DNA of 64,000 nt, from positions 38,812,001-38,876,000 of the forward strand of contig NC_043014.1 of NCBI RefSeq assembly GCF_006345805.1, in the 5' to 3' direction. Numbering within the stretch: position 1 is the stretch's first letter; each line of letters starts with the position of its first letter. A program made the translations under genes and the position numbers. This stretch comes from Octopus sinensis. Its lineage: Eukaryota. This document shows, one piece after another, positions 38,751 to 51,299 of this stretch. The notes under the pieces are model-generated. The model had not been told where the DNA came from. It saw only the letters and a program-made list of their open reading frames with translations, and made no database searches.

Positions 38751-38789
<39 letters not shown>

Positions 38790-38790
<1 letters not shown>

Positions 38791-38990
38791 GAGGCGCAAT
38801 GGCCTAGTGGTTAGGGCAGCGGACTCGCGGTCGCAGGATCGCGGTTTCGATTCCCAGACCGGGCATTGTGAGTGCTTATTGAGCGAAAACACCTAAAAGC
38901 TCCACGAGGCTCCGGCAGGGGGTGGTCATCCCTGCTGCACTCTTTCACCACTCTTTCTCCCACTCTTTCTTCTTATATATATATATATAT
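38790..38990 (+). mobile_element. SINE family D with well-preserved tRNA-like head
   Basis: A-box TGGCCTAGTGG (38800-38810) and B-box GGTTTCGATTCC (38843-38854); no acceptor-stem pairing. Decayed relatives at ~14430-14580, 47915-48100 and 48190-48385. Confidence 0.75.
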
Positions 38991-39293
38991 CATTATCAAA
39001 TACACATCATGTGTATATGTATACCTATATATATAGGTGGATTTGGTGGACAGAAACTGAAAGAAGACCGTCGTGTGTGTATATATATATGTGTGTGTCT
39101 GTGTTTGTCCCCCCAACATCGCTTGACAACCAATACTGGTGTCTTTTTGCGTCCCCGTAACCTAGAGGTTTGGCAAAAAAGAACTGATAGAATAAGTACT
39201 TGGCTTACAAAGTCCTGGGGTCAATTTGCTCAACTAAAGGCATTGCTCCAGCATGGCCGCAGTCAAATGACTGAAACAAGTAAAATATATAAC

Positions 39294-39326
<33 letters not shown>

Positions 39327-39356
39327 ATATATATATCATTATTGTGTGTGTATGTG

Positions 39357-39399
<43 letters not shown>

Positions 39400-39533
39400 T
39401 TAGGTGCAGATGTAGTTGTGTGGTAAGAAGCTCATTTCCCAACCACGTGGTTCCAGGTTCAGTCCCACTGCATGGTGCCTTGTGCGAGCGTCTTCTACTA
39501 TAGCCTCAGGCCAACCAAAGCCTTTCATCTTAC

Positions 39534-39560
39534 GAAGTTTATCAGAATACCAGTCAAGTA
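39534..39560 (-). CDS. Candidate 27-nt exon
   Basis: ggtttctattaag|...TTC|gtaaga. Reads xLDWYSDKL (phase 1) or YLTGILINF (phase 0). Confidence 0.25.
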
Positions 39561-39924
39561 CTTAATAGAAACCATGTAATTGACTAACCTCTCTTAACAA
39601 AATTTCTTGCTTTAAACCCAGGTTAGGAATTGCTATTAATGTTGTTGTTGTTGTTGTTGTAGTGGAATGATTCTGTAGTTGCTCAGACTAACTTCAATTT
39701 CAGCTGACAAATTACTTCAATTACTTTAGATGTCAATATTATGATTTAAAAACTGGTTGCTTGAACATAGCTACTAATGCTGCATTCCTAATTAAGACAT
39801 TATCACCATCAACAACAACATCATCCAGCACTGCAAGTGTAATTAATAGTTTGTGTTTGGGAAATAATATCTAGATGGTGTTTTAATTCCATTTGCTTTA
39901 TATATATATATATGTATATTGTCG

Positions 39925-40737
39925 TCGTCATCGTTAAATGTCTGCTTTCCATGCTGGCATAGGGTGGATGGTTTGACTGGGGACTGTGAGACAGAAGGCT
40001 GCACCAGGCTCAATCTGATCTGGTGGCACTGGCAACGACCTCACTCGAATGTTGTCTTTTACGTGCCACCGGCACAAGTACCAGTATAACCGAGACCTTT
40101 AGAGATATGCTGTGCTTGAGAAGACCCAACAAGCCAAGTGAGACCATAGTCTGTGGCCTATGCCAGTACTGCCTGATTGGCACTTGTGCCAGTGGAATGT
40201 CAAAAGTACATCCGAGCGTGGCGTTTAACCAGCCCACTTATGATTACTCGTCATTCATGGGACAATAAACTTTGCTCGCGAAGACTTATTGAGGCAAGTG
40301 AAATCAAATCAAGATTGCTGACGTTGGCCGATGACAGTACCACCTGATTCGCACTCGTGTCAGTGGAACATTGAGAGCACATCCAAGTGTGATCGTTACC
40401 AGAGCCATGCTTAGCTCCCATGCTAGTGGCATGTGAAAAGCACCATTCAAGCATGGTGGCATGTGAAAAACAATATTTGAGCGTGGTTGTTGCCAGTGCC
40501 ACCAGACTGGCTCCCATGCAGGTAGCACATAAAAACACCTTTTGAGCATGGTCATTGCCAGAACCACCTGACTAGCCCTCGTGCCGGTGGCACATAAAAG
40601 CACCCACTACACTCTCAGAGTGGATGACATTAGGAAGGCATCCAGCTGAAGAAATTCTGCCAGATCAGATTGGAGCCTGGTGCAGCCATCTGGCTCACCA
40701 GTCCTCAGTCAAACCATCAAACCCATGCCAGCATGGT
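39925..40737. mobile_element. Two SINE-C copies in inverted orientation around a shared core
   Basis: Tail-first copy at 39925 and tail-last copy ending at 40737. The core GAGAAGACCC...AACCAGCCCACTTATG also occurs alone at ~21868-21940. Confidence 0.65.
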
Positions 40738-41579
40738 GATAATTAGATATAACTCATTAAAATAATGAGTTCCACAAGGTGTCTTCTCAGTCCTTGTAAA
40801 GAAAAGATGCTAGATAGGTTGAAACAATTGTAGTGATTAATAAAAATTCTTGTATCTTCCATTTTGTCTCTCTCATTAACCAAATACACAACAAACACTG
40901 TCAAAGTGAACGTGCTTTACCAGTAAGCTACCGGGTGTATACCTGTACACCATATGATTTATCATCTAATATATTTATATATATATTTACTCTTTTACTT
41001 GCTTCAGTCATTTGACTGCTGCCATGCTAGAGCACCACCTTTAGTCAAGCAAATCAACCCCAGGACTTATTCTTTGTAAGCCTAGCACTTATTCTATCGG
41101 ACTCTTTTGCCAAACCTCTAAGTTACGGGGACATAAACACACCGCTATCGGTTATCAAGTGATGTGGCGGGGTAGACAAACATATACACAAACATACATA
41201 TATATATATACTTATATACATATATACAATGGGCTTCTTTCAGTTTCCAAACAAGAATGTTGTTGATAGTGACTTCAAAGTTTTGGCCAGTTAAACTATC
41301 ATCAACAATGGCTGAACAAGATAAAACTGCCAAGTCACTGCCAACAACCTTCTTAGTATAAGAATAATAAATTTGTACTCTACAAAAGTATAGAGTAACC
41401 CATCGGATTAAAGCAAAACTGAACATAAAAACGAACATTAACATATATGTGACTGAAACAAATTAAAGATATACAGAGTTGTATTCGTCTAATAAGTGTG
41501 ACTTGATCTGAGACATGGTGTTGAAACTGAAGCAGCTATATGATAGGACCAAACTATTTAAAAGAAACACCAAGCTGTT

Positions 41580-42200
41580 TCTATTTAAATTGGCCTTATC
41601 CAACCTAAATATTCTACCATTTAAACTGGCCTTATCCTAGCATTTAAACTGGTCTTATCCAACCTAAATATTCTACCATTTAAACTGACCTTATCCAACC
41701 ATTATACAATATTATACACAAACTTATTCAAAATTTATATCAATGATAAATAGTCCTACCATCAAACTTGTGTATCTAAGGTGGCTGCCTGGGAGGAAGA
41801 TATTTAGTAGAAGACAATAGAGGCAGCTAATTATTATTTTCTTTCTTTTACAGGTTTCTAATGGAATTACAATAATAAAGCAAAAAATAAGAAAAGAAAA
41901 AGGAAGAAACAAGGCACTTCTCTCACATCACCCGCATGAAAGGAGATCCTTTGATTCAGAATAATCTGTATTATACTACTTCTTGCCACTAATGGCCTTA
42001 GCCACCACCACCACCATCACCAAATATTCTACCATTTAAACTGGCCTTATCCTAGCATTTAAACTGGCCTTATCCAACCTAAATATTCTACCATTTAAAC
42101 TGGCCTTATCCAACCTAAATATTCTACCATTTAAACTGGCCTTATCCAACCTAAATATTCTACCATTTAAACTGGCCTTAGCCAACCTAAATATTCTACC
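41580..42200. repeat. 36-bp minisatellite split by a ~320-bp insert
   Basis: Unit CCATTTAAACTGGCCTTATCCAACCTAAATATTCTA (period 36 at 42091, 42127, 42163) lies on both sides of 41700-42020. Confidence 0.88.
41700..42020 (+). repeat. Local duplicate of 44703-45050
   Basis: Near-identical ~310-320 bp sequences about 3.0 kb apart in the same orientation. Confidence 0.92.
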
Positions 42201-42626
42201 TGTTTTATGTTCAAACTGTTAAGATATGGCCTTTTATACATACCCTATAATGACGTTTTAAAAATAAACAAATACATCATCATAAAGTCACGGCTATCAG
42301 ATAATGCATAACTAATTCAAAACAATGTGGATAAATAAGTATTAAATTTCACTGAGTAATCTGAATGCTAAAGGGTTTCACATTTCACTTCACATTTTGT
42401 GCAATGATGAAGTTCCACCAATGACCAACAGCTAAAACTGGGAAGAACTACATGATCACTCAATCTACAAGGAACATCCTTCAAACCTCCCTCAAATCAC
42501 ATCCTACAATTTTCTTAAAGTAAGTACAAGATGAAGTAATCAAGGATATATTATGTCTAAGAAACAGGATGCAGTGGTGCAACAAAAATCCTAATGCCTC
42601 ATGAAATAAATTTAATTTCAAAGTAA

Positions 42627-43023
42627 AGGAGTGGCTGTGTGGTAAGTAGCTTGCTTACAAACCACATGGTTCCAGGTTCAGTCCCACTGCGTGGCACTTT
42701 GGGCAAGTGTCTTCTACTATAGCCTCAGGTCAACTAAAGCCTTGTAAGTGGATTTGGTAGACGGAAACTGAAAGAAGCCTGTTGTATATATATATATATG
42801 TATATGTGTATGTGTGTGTGTCTGTGTTTGTTCCCGCAACATCGCTTGACAACTGATGCTGGTGTGTTTACGTCCCCCGTAACTTAGCGGTTTGGCAAAA
42901 GAGATCGATAGAATAAGTACTAGGCTTACAAAGAATAAGTGCTGGGGTCTATTTGCCCGACTAAAGACGGTGCTCCAGCATGGCCACAGTCAAATGACTG
43001 AAACAAGTAAAAGAGTAAAAGAG
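42627..43023 (+). mobile_element. SINE family A, full length
   Basis: Head to (AAAGAGTA)n tail. Confidence 0.85.
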
Positions 43024-43070
43024 CATTATGATATTAAATGGTTCTTCCATGGTGTTGTTGCTGAAATTAC

Positions 43071-43307
43071 AATTTGCATTCATATAATTCCTCTTTCTTC
43101 AACAAGTTTAACAAGTTTAACCTTTTTAATAACAACCTGCCTAAGACTGCTCCAGCTCTGTTATATAAACTCCCTGTTTTAAGGTTATCTAAATTAAAAC
43201 TAAATTTAAACTTCCATCAGAATTCCTTGTTAATTTATGTTCTAAACACCAATTTAATAATGACAAGGTTATTTTACTAAATGCTTCAGTTGTTTCTTCA
43301 AAATTAA
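43071..43307 (-). CDS. Candidate exon with an internal frame break
   Basis: Strong acceptor cactgccttgtttcag|. xNFEETTEAFSKITLSLLNWCLEHKLTRNSDGSLNLVLI* (stop at 43189-43191) is followed in another frame by DNLKTGSLYNRAGAVLGRLLLKRLNLLNLLKKEELYECK. Confidence 0.35.
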
Positions 43308-44029
43308 CTGAAACAAGGCAGTGTATATCAAGAGAAATTTGGTAATGAAAGGGTTAAAAACTGTTAAAAATCACATTAACATGTATATATGTGAGAGTAT
43401 GTATGTTTGTGTCTCCTTGTCTTAAATTGAGTTGTTGTAAATAAATATCATTCATTCATTTCCAATAAACTGTGTAAACATGTCTGTTCACAGAGAAATA
43501 TTATATTGTTTGGAAAGAGATAAAGGTTGTTGACAGGAAGGGCATCCAACCATAAGAAAATTTACCTTAACAAATTTCGTCTGACCTATGCAAGCATGTG
43601 AAGAAAACATTAAAACAATGATGACCAATTTTCCTGACCTCTTTCCAATCTTCACAGTCTCACTCCAACAAGAATTACTACATTGATCAACTTGAGGTTA
43701 CAGTAGAAGATAAGAAGACATTTGCTCAAGATACAATACTGTACTTTATAATTAAACTCAAACCTGCCACATAGTTGCAAAATGGATTTCTGAACCACAC
43801 AGTTATGACCCTGCTTTTTGGCCATGTGTAACATGCAGTTTAACTCTCCTTATTTGGTAACGAAAGAATTGAAGGTCCTGGTAATATGAAGAAGAGACTG
43901 ACATGGGAATCATTTCAGTTCTTCGGTCCATCATCATCATCATCATCATAGCATTCAAGGTGAATCTACTTGAAAGTCAACAAGATTTGACTGCCGCAGT
44001 TCAGTGAAGTGGTTATGAGTCAGCGAAGA

Positions 44030-44700
44030 AAGACAAATACATACATGTGTGTATATGTGTGCATGAGTGTGTATGTGTGTGTGAGTGTGCGTGTGCACGT
44101 GTGTGTGTATATAAATATATACACAAAAAAGCATACATATGCATAAATACATATACACACACACAAGTACACAGGCATACACATACATACACACATACTT
44201 ACACACAAGTACATACACATATATACATACATACACACACAAGTACACATGCATACACATACTTACAAACAAGTACATACACATATATACATACATACAC
44301 ACACAAGTACACATGCATACACATACTTACACACAAGTACATACACATATATACATTCATACACACACAAGTACACATGCATACACATACTTACACACAA
44401 GTACATACACATATATACATACATACATACACACACACAAGTACACATGCATACACATACTTACACACAAGTACATACATACACACACAAGTACACATGC
44501 ATACACATACTTACACACAAGTACATACACATATATACATACATACACACACAAGTACACATGCATACACATACTTACACACAAGTACATACATACACAC
44601 ACAAGTACACATACATACACACAAGTACATACACATATATACATACATACACACACAAGTACACATGCATACACATACTTACACACACATACATACATTA
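44030..44700. repeat. Compound CA/TA satellite with recurrent ACACAAGTAC(A/AT) subunits
   Basis: Units such as TACACACAAGTACACATGCATACACATACT recur many times; source of the H/T/Y-rich ORFs. Confidence 0.92.
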
Positions 44701-46056
44701 AACATTATACAATATTATACACAAACTTATTCAAAATTTATATCAATGATAAATAGTCCTACCATCAAACTTGTGTATCTAAGGTGGCTGCCTGGGAGGA
44801 AGATATTTAGTAGGAGGAGACAATAGAGGCGGCTAATTATTATTTTCTTTCTTTTACAGGTTTCTAATGGAATTACAATAATAAAGCAAAAAATGAGAAA
44901 AGAAAAAGTTAGAAACAAGGCACTTCTCTCACATCACCCGCATGAAAGGAGATCCTTTGATTCAGAATAATCTGTATTATACTACTTCTTGCCACTAATG
45001 GCCTTAGCCACCACCACCCCTGCTCTGCTGCCACTACCACCACCATCACCAACAACAACTATCATAAATACCACAATCCACACCATCCACAGTAAGTGTT
45101 ACCCCTGTAGATAGTGCCCACCACCACCTCTACCAGCAGTAGTACCCATCATTATTCAAACCTCAACCATCATCACCAGTTAATCACCACCAGCACCACC
45201 AACAACAACAACAACTACTACTACTACTGCTGCTACTACTACTACAACTACTACTACTAAATAACCAACCAACCAATCATCACCTTCACAAAGTCTTCAG
45301 TCAGAAAGCTGAAAGTGTGAGGAAGTCAAAAGGTTGTAACTATAAAACACTTGTGAGTAGGAGGGGGTAATTGGTGAGGGTGATGGGAGGAGATAATTGG
45401 AATGATAGGTGGGAGAAGGCTACGGGAGGTGGGAGGGGGGGCAATTGGTGTGGGAGATGAGAGGGGGGAAATTGGTGAGGAAGGAGGTGCGAGGAAGCAG
45501 TTGCTGAGAAGTTTACTTGTTCTGTTCTACAGTCTTAAACCCAATACACAGAACGCATACAAAGAGCTCATACACGCAGCTGTAATCTTCCTAAACATGC
45601 CCTGTTCTTCCACCGCATATTTATCATATCACTTAACATCAAGGACTATCATTGAACTGCACAACACAATCGTTATCACCCCCATCATCATCAACTACAA
45701 CAACAGAAAGGGGCCAGTAAAAAGTATGAACAACTGCCAACTTTTGGAGCCAAAAACCTCTATAATAGTCACACAATCTGCCAGAAACAACCCCCAAATT
45801 TCCCTGATGTAAAGAGTCAGAAGAGATATCAAAAGGCCTTTTCTAATATTCTAACGATTCTGCCAAATAATAACAGAAAGAACACTCAGAGAACACAAGA
45901 ACTCAAGAACACACAAACCTCCGTCAAGTCAACACCAATTTCTTTGACTAAAAAAAAAACCTCTAAGGCAGTGCTCCAGAAGAAATAGAATAAAATAGAG
46001 AGTAGCCTTTAGTTCTGCAGCAAATGATCTCCCTGCTGTCGAAAGTATAACAAAAT

Positions 46057-46224
46057 CACTAGCGTAGCTAGAGTGTGTGCCACCCGGGGTGGCCCTTCCG
46101 TTTTCCACCCCAGATCCCACAAAAAACACATATTGCCTAGAGCAGACTCAAAAGTGCAGCCCCTTTAAAAGTGCCACCTAGGATTGGACCACCCCTACCG
46201 CCCCTGCCCCAAGCTATGCCAGTG
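46057..46224. mobile_element. Small hAT-type MITE
   Basis: TIRs CACTAGCGTAGCT / AGCTATGCCAGTG; 8-bp TSD AACAAAAT / AACGAAAT (7 of 8 match). Confidence 0.78.
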
Positions 46225-46706
46225 AACGAAATGCACCCAGTCCATACTATGAATAAATCTGTTATAGAAAAGAGCATCCAGTAGTGAAAACCATACCAAA
46301 TGCAGTAACAAAAATTAGTCATTTTCTCTCTTTAGTGTGTGTGGCAGATGATGAAGGACCTGCAACAATTGGCAAAGTACTTTGGGACCCATCCAACTAT
46401 ATATATATATTTCTTTACTGCCCACAAGGGGCTAAACACAGAGAGGACAAACAAGGACAGACAAAGGTATTACGTCGATTATATCGACCCCAGTGCGTAA
46501 CTGGTACTTAATTTATCGACCCCAAAAGGATGAAAGGTAAAGATCTAACTATATATATATCAACATGGAAAAACAAATGACATATGGTGATGATAGTGGT
46601 GGTAGGGAATTGATGATACACAGAACTATATCCTGTTTGGAGATGTAGCATTAAAATCTGTAAGCAAATAAAACAAACCCATCACTTATCATTTTGCATT
46701 TCATAC

Positions 46707-46809
46707 CAGATTTGTCATCATCATCATCATCATCGTCGTCGTCATCACCTTTGATGTCATGATTGCTTACCTTCAAACAATCACATACAGTCAATTTTTT
46801 TGTTGCCAT
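46707..46809 (-). CDS. Candidate start-codon exon
   Basis: aaaacATGG context with an in-frame stop just upstream. Reads MATKKLTVCDCLKVSNHDIKG-D11-KS, then G|gtatga (phase 1). An alternative donor AAG|gtaagc lies at 46770. Confidence 0.33.
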
Positions 46810-47437
46810 GTTTTAAAACAACAGGTAACATAAATCACACAATTTACTATCAATTAATTTATTAATAATTAATTTCCAAAATGATATGCGAAATGTCATG
46901 TGATTATATATAACACTGATATCGTTTTGTTGTTTTAACCTTTTGGTGTTCACATTATTCTTCCAAAATGAATGCTTTTCCATCCACATAGTTCTGAACT
47001 AATCATACATTATCTTGTAGCTATGATATTTTGATGAGGTAGCTGTTAATTTTTCAAACGATATTGTAGGGTAGGTGTGAGAGACTAGATCTGGCCAGTT
47101 TGAACATAAAACAGGCAGAATACTTTTGGCCGGATATGGCCGGTTTAAATGCTAAAGGGTTAAGTCCATCACAGACCATCATCAACATCATTACTATCAC
47201 CATCAGCATCAAACTGATCAACATGGAGTCAATATATAGAAACCACAGCACCAGTATTTCACAATATTTCACATAGGCGCAGGAGTGGTTGTGTGGTAAG
47301 TAGCTTGCTTTCCAATCACATGGTTCCGGATTCAGTCCCACTGCGTGGCACCTTGGGCAAGTGTCTTCTACTATAGCCTCAGGCCGATCAAGGCCTTACG
47401 AGTGAATTTGGTAGACGTAAACTGAAAGAAGCCCATC

Positions 47438-47473
<36 letters not shown>

Positions 47474-47564
47474 GGTACTGTAAATTTAGGGTGAATACTT
47501 GATAAGTGTAAGCACCTGTATATGCCAGATAGTGGCAGAGGTGAAAGATATATTTTATATATAT

Positions 47565-47598
<34 letters not shown>

Positions 47599-48421
47599 AA
47601 TATATGTGTGTGTGTGTATGTATCTATGTATGTATGTGTGTGTATATGTTTGTGTGTCTGTGTTTCTCTCCCCCAGCATCACTTGACAGCCGATGCTGGT
47701 GTTTACGTCCCCATAACTTAGCGGTTCGGCTACAAAGAATAAGCAGCCAAATCTCCTCAAATCACATCCTCCCTTCTTAAAAAGGCAAAGAACACACTGG
47801 ATAATGAAATATCCAGATACGCAATGTTTGGAGAAAGAATGTATGTATGTATGTATTTATGTATGTATGTGTGTATATATTTGGATAATGTAGTCCCAGA
47901 AGAGTGAAAGCACATGGCTAAGAGGTCAGGGTGTAACACTCATAATCACAAGATTATGGTTTTGATTCCTGGACCAAGCAGTGATTGGTGTTCTTGAGCA
48001 AAGCACTTCATTTCATGTTGTTCCCGTTTGCTCATCTGTAAATGAGTTCCAGCAACCACTAAGAAGTTACCCTTGTGATGGACCAGTGACCTGTTCAGTG
48101 TTGAGGATGTTGGAATCTCAGTCAAGTAAGCTTCCTTTTTGAGTCATACCAACTTATAAGAGCTGGTTTCCTGGTTTCCAAGGCGTATATATCCACCACA
48201 CCCACTTGAATGGGACACCGGTCCATTGCAGGATTACTAATTTTTTGCCAGCTGCGTGGATTGGAGTAATGTGAAATGAAGTGTTTTGCTCAAGAACACA
48301 ACACGTCGCCACACTCAGGAATTGAAACCACGATCTTATGATCACGAGTCCAACAGCCTAACCACTAAGCTATGCACCTCCACATTTGTAATCTGTCATT
48401 TACACTTGATGGAAACTGGGC

Positions 48422-48790
48422 ATGGATTCACTGAAGCTCCGGCGTCTGGCTACGGACTTGGTAAACACCCACAAAGTTATCAACCACCTCACCAACAACA
48501 ACACTGAACACCTTTTTGATCTCCATGTGTCTAACACACGTGGACATGCCTACAAAGTCAGAAAACAACACAGCTCCCATGACTTTCGGAAACATTTTTT
48601 CACGCTCAGAGTTGCTGAAGCATGGAATAAACTGCCTGCGTCAGTTGTTGACTGCCATGACACTGCATCCTTTAAGGCCCTCATGCTTTCCGAAATCCGC
48701 CGAAACTACACCTGATTATATATACACTTTAGATGAGTTGTAGTGCACCTGAGCACTGTACACAATTATTATTGTTATTATTATTATTAT
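48422..48790 (+). mobile_element. 5'-truncated CR1-clade LINE 3' end with (TTA)n tail
   Basis: LKLRRLATDL...NTRGHAYKV...FRKHFFTLRVAEAWNKLP is the CR1/L2 C-terminal signature. Confidence 0.85.
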
Positions 48791-49953
48791 CCCAATGAAA
48801 GCAAGTATGTACAGAGTACACAGAATAAGATCCAAGAACAGAGAAAAATGAGAATCAAAAGAATTATAAAGAATAAGGGTCCTTATGCACTACAGGAGTT
48901 GAGTTGACAAATTTTGGGAAGCATGGAACTTTTTAAGGATACAGTGTCCTGACAGTTAACAACAGATGCAGGTAATTTATTCCATGCTTTGACAATTCTG
49001 AGCAGGATAAAATATTTTCAGAAGTCATGGGCACTGTACTCTCTTTACTCTTTTACTTGTTTCAGTCATTTGACTGCGGCCATGCTGGAGCACCGCCTTT
49101 TTGTACTTATTCTATCGGTCTCTTTTTGCCGAACCGCTAAGTGACAGGGACGTAAACACACCAGCATCGGTTGTCAAGCAATGCTAGGGGGACAAACACA
49201 GACACACACACATATAATATATATATACGACAGGCTTCTTTCAGTTTCCGTCTACCAAATCCACTCACAAGGCATTGGTCGGCCCGGGGCTATAGCAGAA
49301 GACATTTGCCCAAGATGCCACGCAGTGGGACTGAACCCGCAACCGTGTGGTTGGTTAGCAAGCTACTTACCACACAGCCACTGTTACGCTTTTTCTGTTT
49401 TTTGTTTTTTTTTAGTTTATAAGCGTGTCCATCATCATTGTTTAACGTCCACTTTCTATACTGGCATGGGTTGGACGGTTTGACAGGGAACTACCTAGCA
49501 GGGAGCTGTGCAGACTCCAATTGTCTGTTGTGGCATGGTTCCTATGGCTGGATGCCCTTCCTAATGCCAATCACTTAACAAAATATGCTGGGTGCTTTTT
49601 TATGTGGATGAAGAAAAGGGTTCATTACTATGGTGAGCAAAAAAAAATTACCTGTAATAAACCAATATGGATGACCATATGGTCATTCAACCTGATAGAG
49701 ATAGCAACCAAAACTTCCTCAAAGTGCACATTTGATAACATAAACTTAAGAGATAAGATGGTCACAGCTGGAATCTCTTTAGTCATTGGTTTACTTGATT
49801 CCGGCTGATCTTGAGATAAACAATACCAACAACAAATGCCTGAGATAGTTCAACATACTTATCGATGGGGGATTTAGCTCATTCCCTTATCGCTATGGAA
49901 ACTTAAAATAAGCGGCATTATTGCAGATTCTTGGGATAACAGTAAAAGATTAC

Positions 49954-49988
49954 CTCACTACAATTTCTCACAGCAAAATTGAAAACAG
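49954..49988 (-). CDS. Candidate 35-nt exon (E5)
   Basis: ttttattccttttttacattag|...GAG|gtaatc. Reads xVFNFAVRNCSE. An alternative in-frame acceptor at 50020 gives a 66-nt version. Confidence 0.35.
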
Positions 49989-50143
49989 CTAATGTAAAAA
50001 AGGAATAAAAGTGTACTTCCTGAAAAATCTAGCAATGTAGCAACTTGTAGTGATTTCGAATTCACAAATTACAAACCAGAAACCCAAAACCTAAATCCGT
50101 TTAGCCATTTCAGTTCTACATTTGCAAATAATAATAACAATAA

Positions 50144-50145
<2 letters not shown>

Positions 50146-50174
<29 letters not shown>

Positions 50175-50718
50175 AAAAATAAGGAGGAGGAGGAGAAGGA
50201 GGGGAGGCTGAAGAGGAAGAAGAAGAGGAGAGGGAGGGAGGAGGAGGAGGCTGAAGAGGAAAAAGAAGAAGAGGAGGGGAGGGAGGAGGAGGAGGCTGAA
50301 GAGGAAAAAGAAGAGAGGAGGGGGGGGGAGGAGGAGGAGGCTGAAGAGGAAGAAGAGGAGGAGGAGGGAAGGAGGCTGAAGAGGAAAAATAAGAAGAGGA
50401 GGAGGCTGAAGAGGGAGGAGGATAGGCTGAAGAGGGAGGAGGATAGGCTGAAGAGGGAGGAGGAGGAGGCTGAAGAGGGAGGAGGAGGAGGCTGAAGTGG
50501 AAGAAGAAGAAGAGGAGGAGGAGGAAGGAGGCTGAAGAGGAAAAAGAAGAAGAGGAGGAGGCTGAAGAGGGAGGAGGAGGAGGCTGAAGAGGGAGGAGGA
50601 GGAGGCTGAAGAGGAAGAAGAAGAAGAAGAGGAGGGGAGGAGGCTGAAGAGGAAGAAGAAGAAGAAGAGGAGGGGAGGAGGCTGAAGAGGAAGAAGAAGA
50701 AGAGGAGGGGAGAAGGCT

Positions 50719-50750
<32 letters not shown>

Positions 50751-50761
50751 GGGAGGAGGCT

Positions 50762-50793
<32 letters not shown>

Positions 50794-51100
50794 GGGGAGG
50801 AGGCTGAAGAGGAAGAAGAAGAAGAGGAGGGGAGGAGGCTGAAGAGGAAGAAGAAGAAGAGGAGGAGGGAGGAGGCTGAAGAGGAAGAAGAAGAAGAAGA
50901 AGAAAGGAGGGGAGGGAGGAGGAGGTGAGAGGAGAAGAAGAAGAAGAGAGGGAGGAAGGAAGGGGGAGGCTGGGGACGGATGAAGAGACGAAGAAGAAGA
51001 AGAAGAAGAGGAGGGGAAGGAGGGCTGAGAGGAAGAAGAAAAGAAAGAAGAGAAGAAGAAGGAGGGGGAGGAGGCTGAAGAGGAAGAAGAAGAAGAAGAA
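50146..51100. repeat. ~950-bp polypurine minisatellite built on GGAGGCTGAAGAGGAAGAAGAAG units
   Basis: Pyrimidines are almost confined to the recurring GCTGAAG motif. Confidence 0.95.
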
Positions 51101-51272
51101 TGAAAAAATTCTTTGAAATATAAAAAAAAAAGAGGAAAAAACAACTACATTCAACTGGTTTAAGAAACCAGAAGCCGAAAAAGAAAAAAAAAGTTCTGCT
51201 TTATTACTTTATCTTAAAAATCAAATAGCCAAATCTCAGAACCTGATATCCTACGATGGAAGGCAGACATAC

Positions 51273-51299
51273 ATTGTATATCTTTATTAAAACAGACTT
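51273..51299 (-). CDS. Candidate 27-nt exon (E4)
   Basis: ctctttctacattttttttcatag|...AAT|gtatgt. Reads xVCFNKDIQ (phase 1 to 1). Confidence 0.38.

Noticed and set aside
38790-38862. tRNA gene
   Set aside because: A- and B-boxes are present, but the acceptor and anticodon stems do not pair and a SINE body follows.
41250-41360. Minus-strand exon VVGSDLAVLSCSAIVDDSLTGQNFE
   Set aside because: The acceptor is plausible, but there is no convincing donor before the truncated SINE at ~41250.
50069-51154. 342-361 aa Ser/Pro/Leu/Phe-rich ORFs (also 13019-13583)
   Set aside because: Antisense reading of polypurine repeats with no domain signal.
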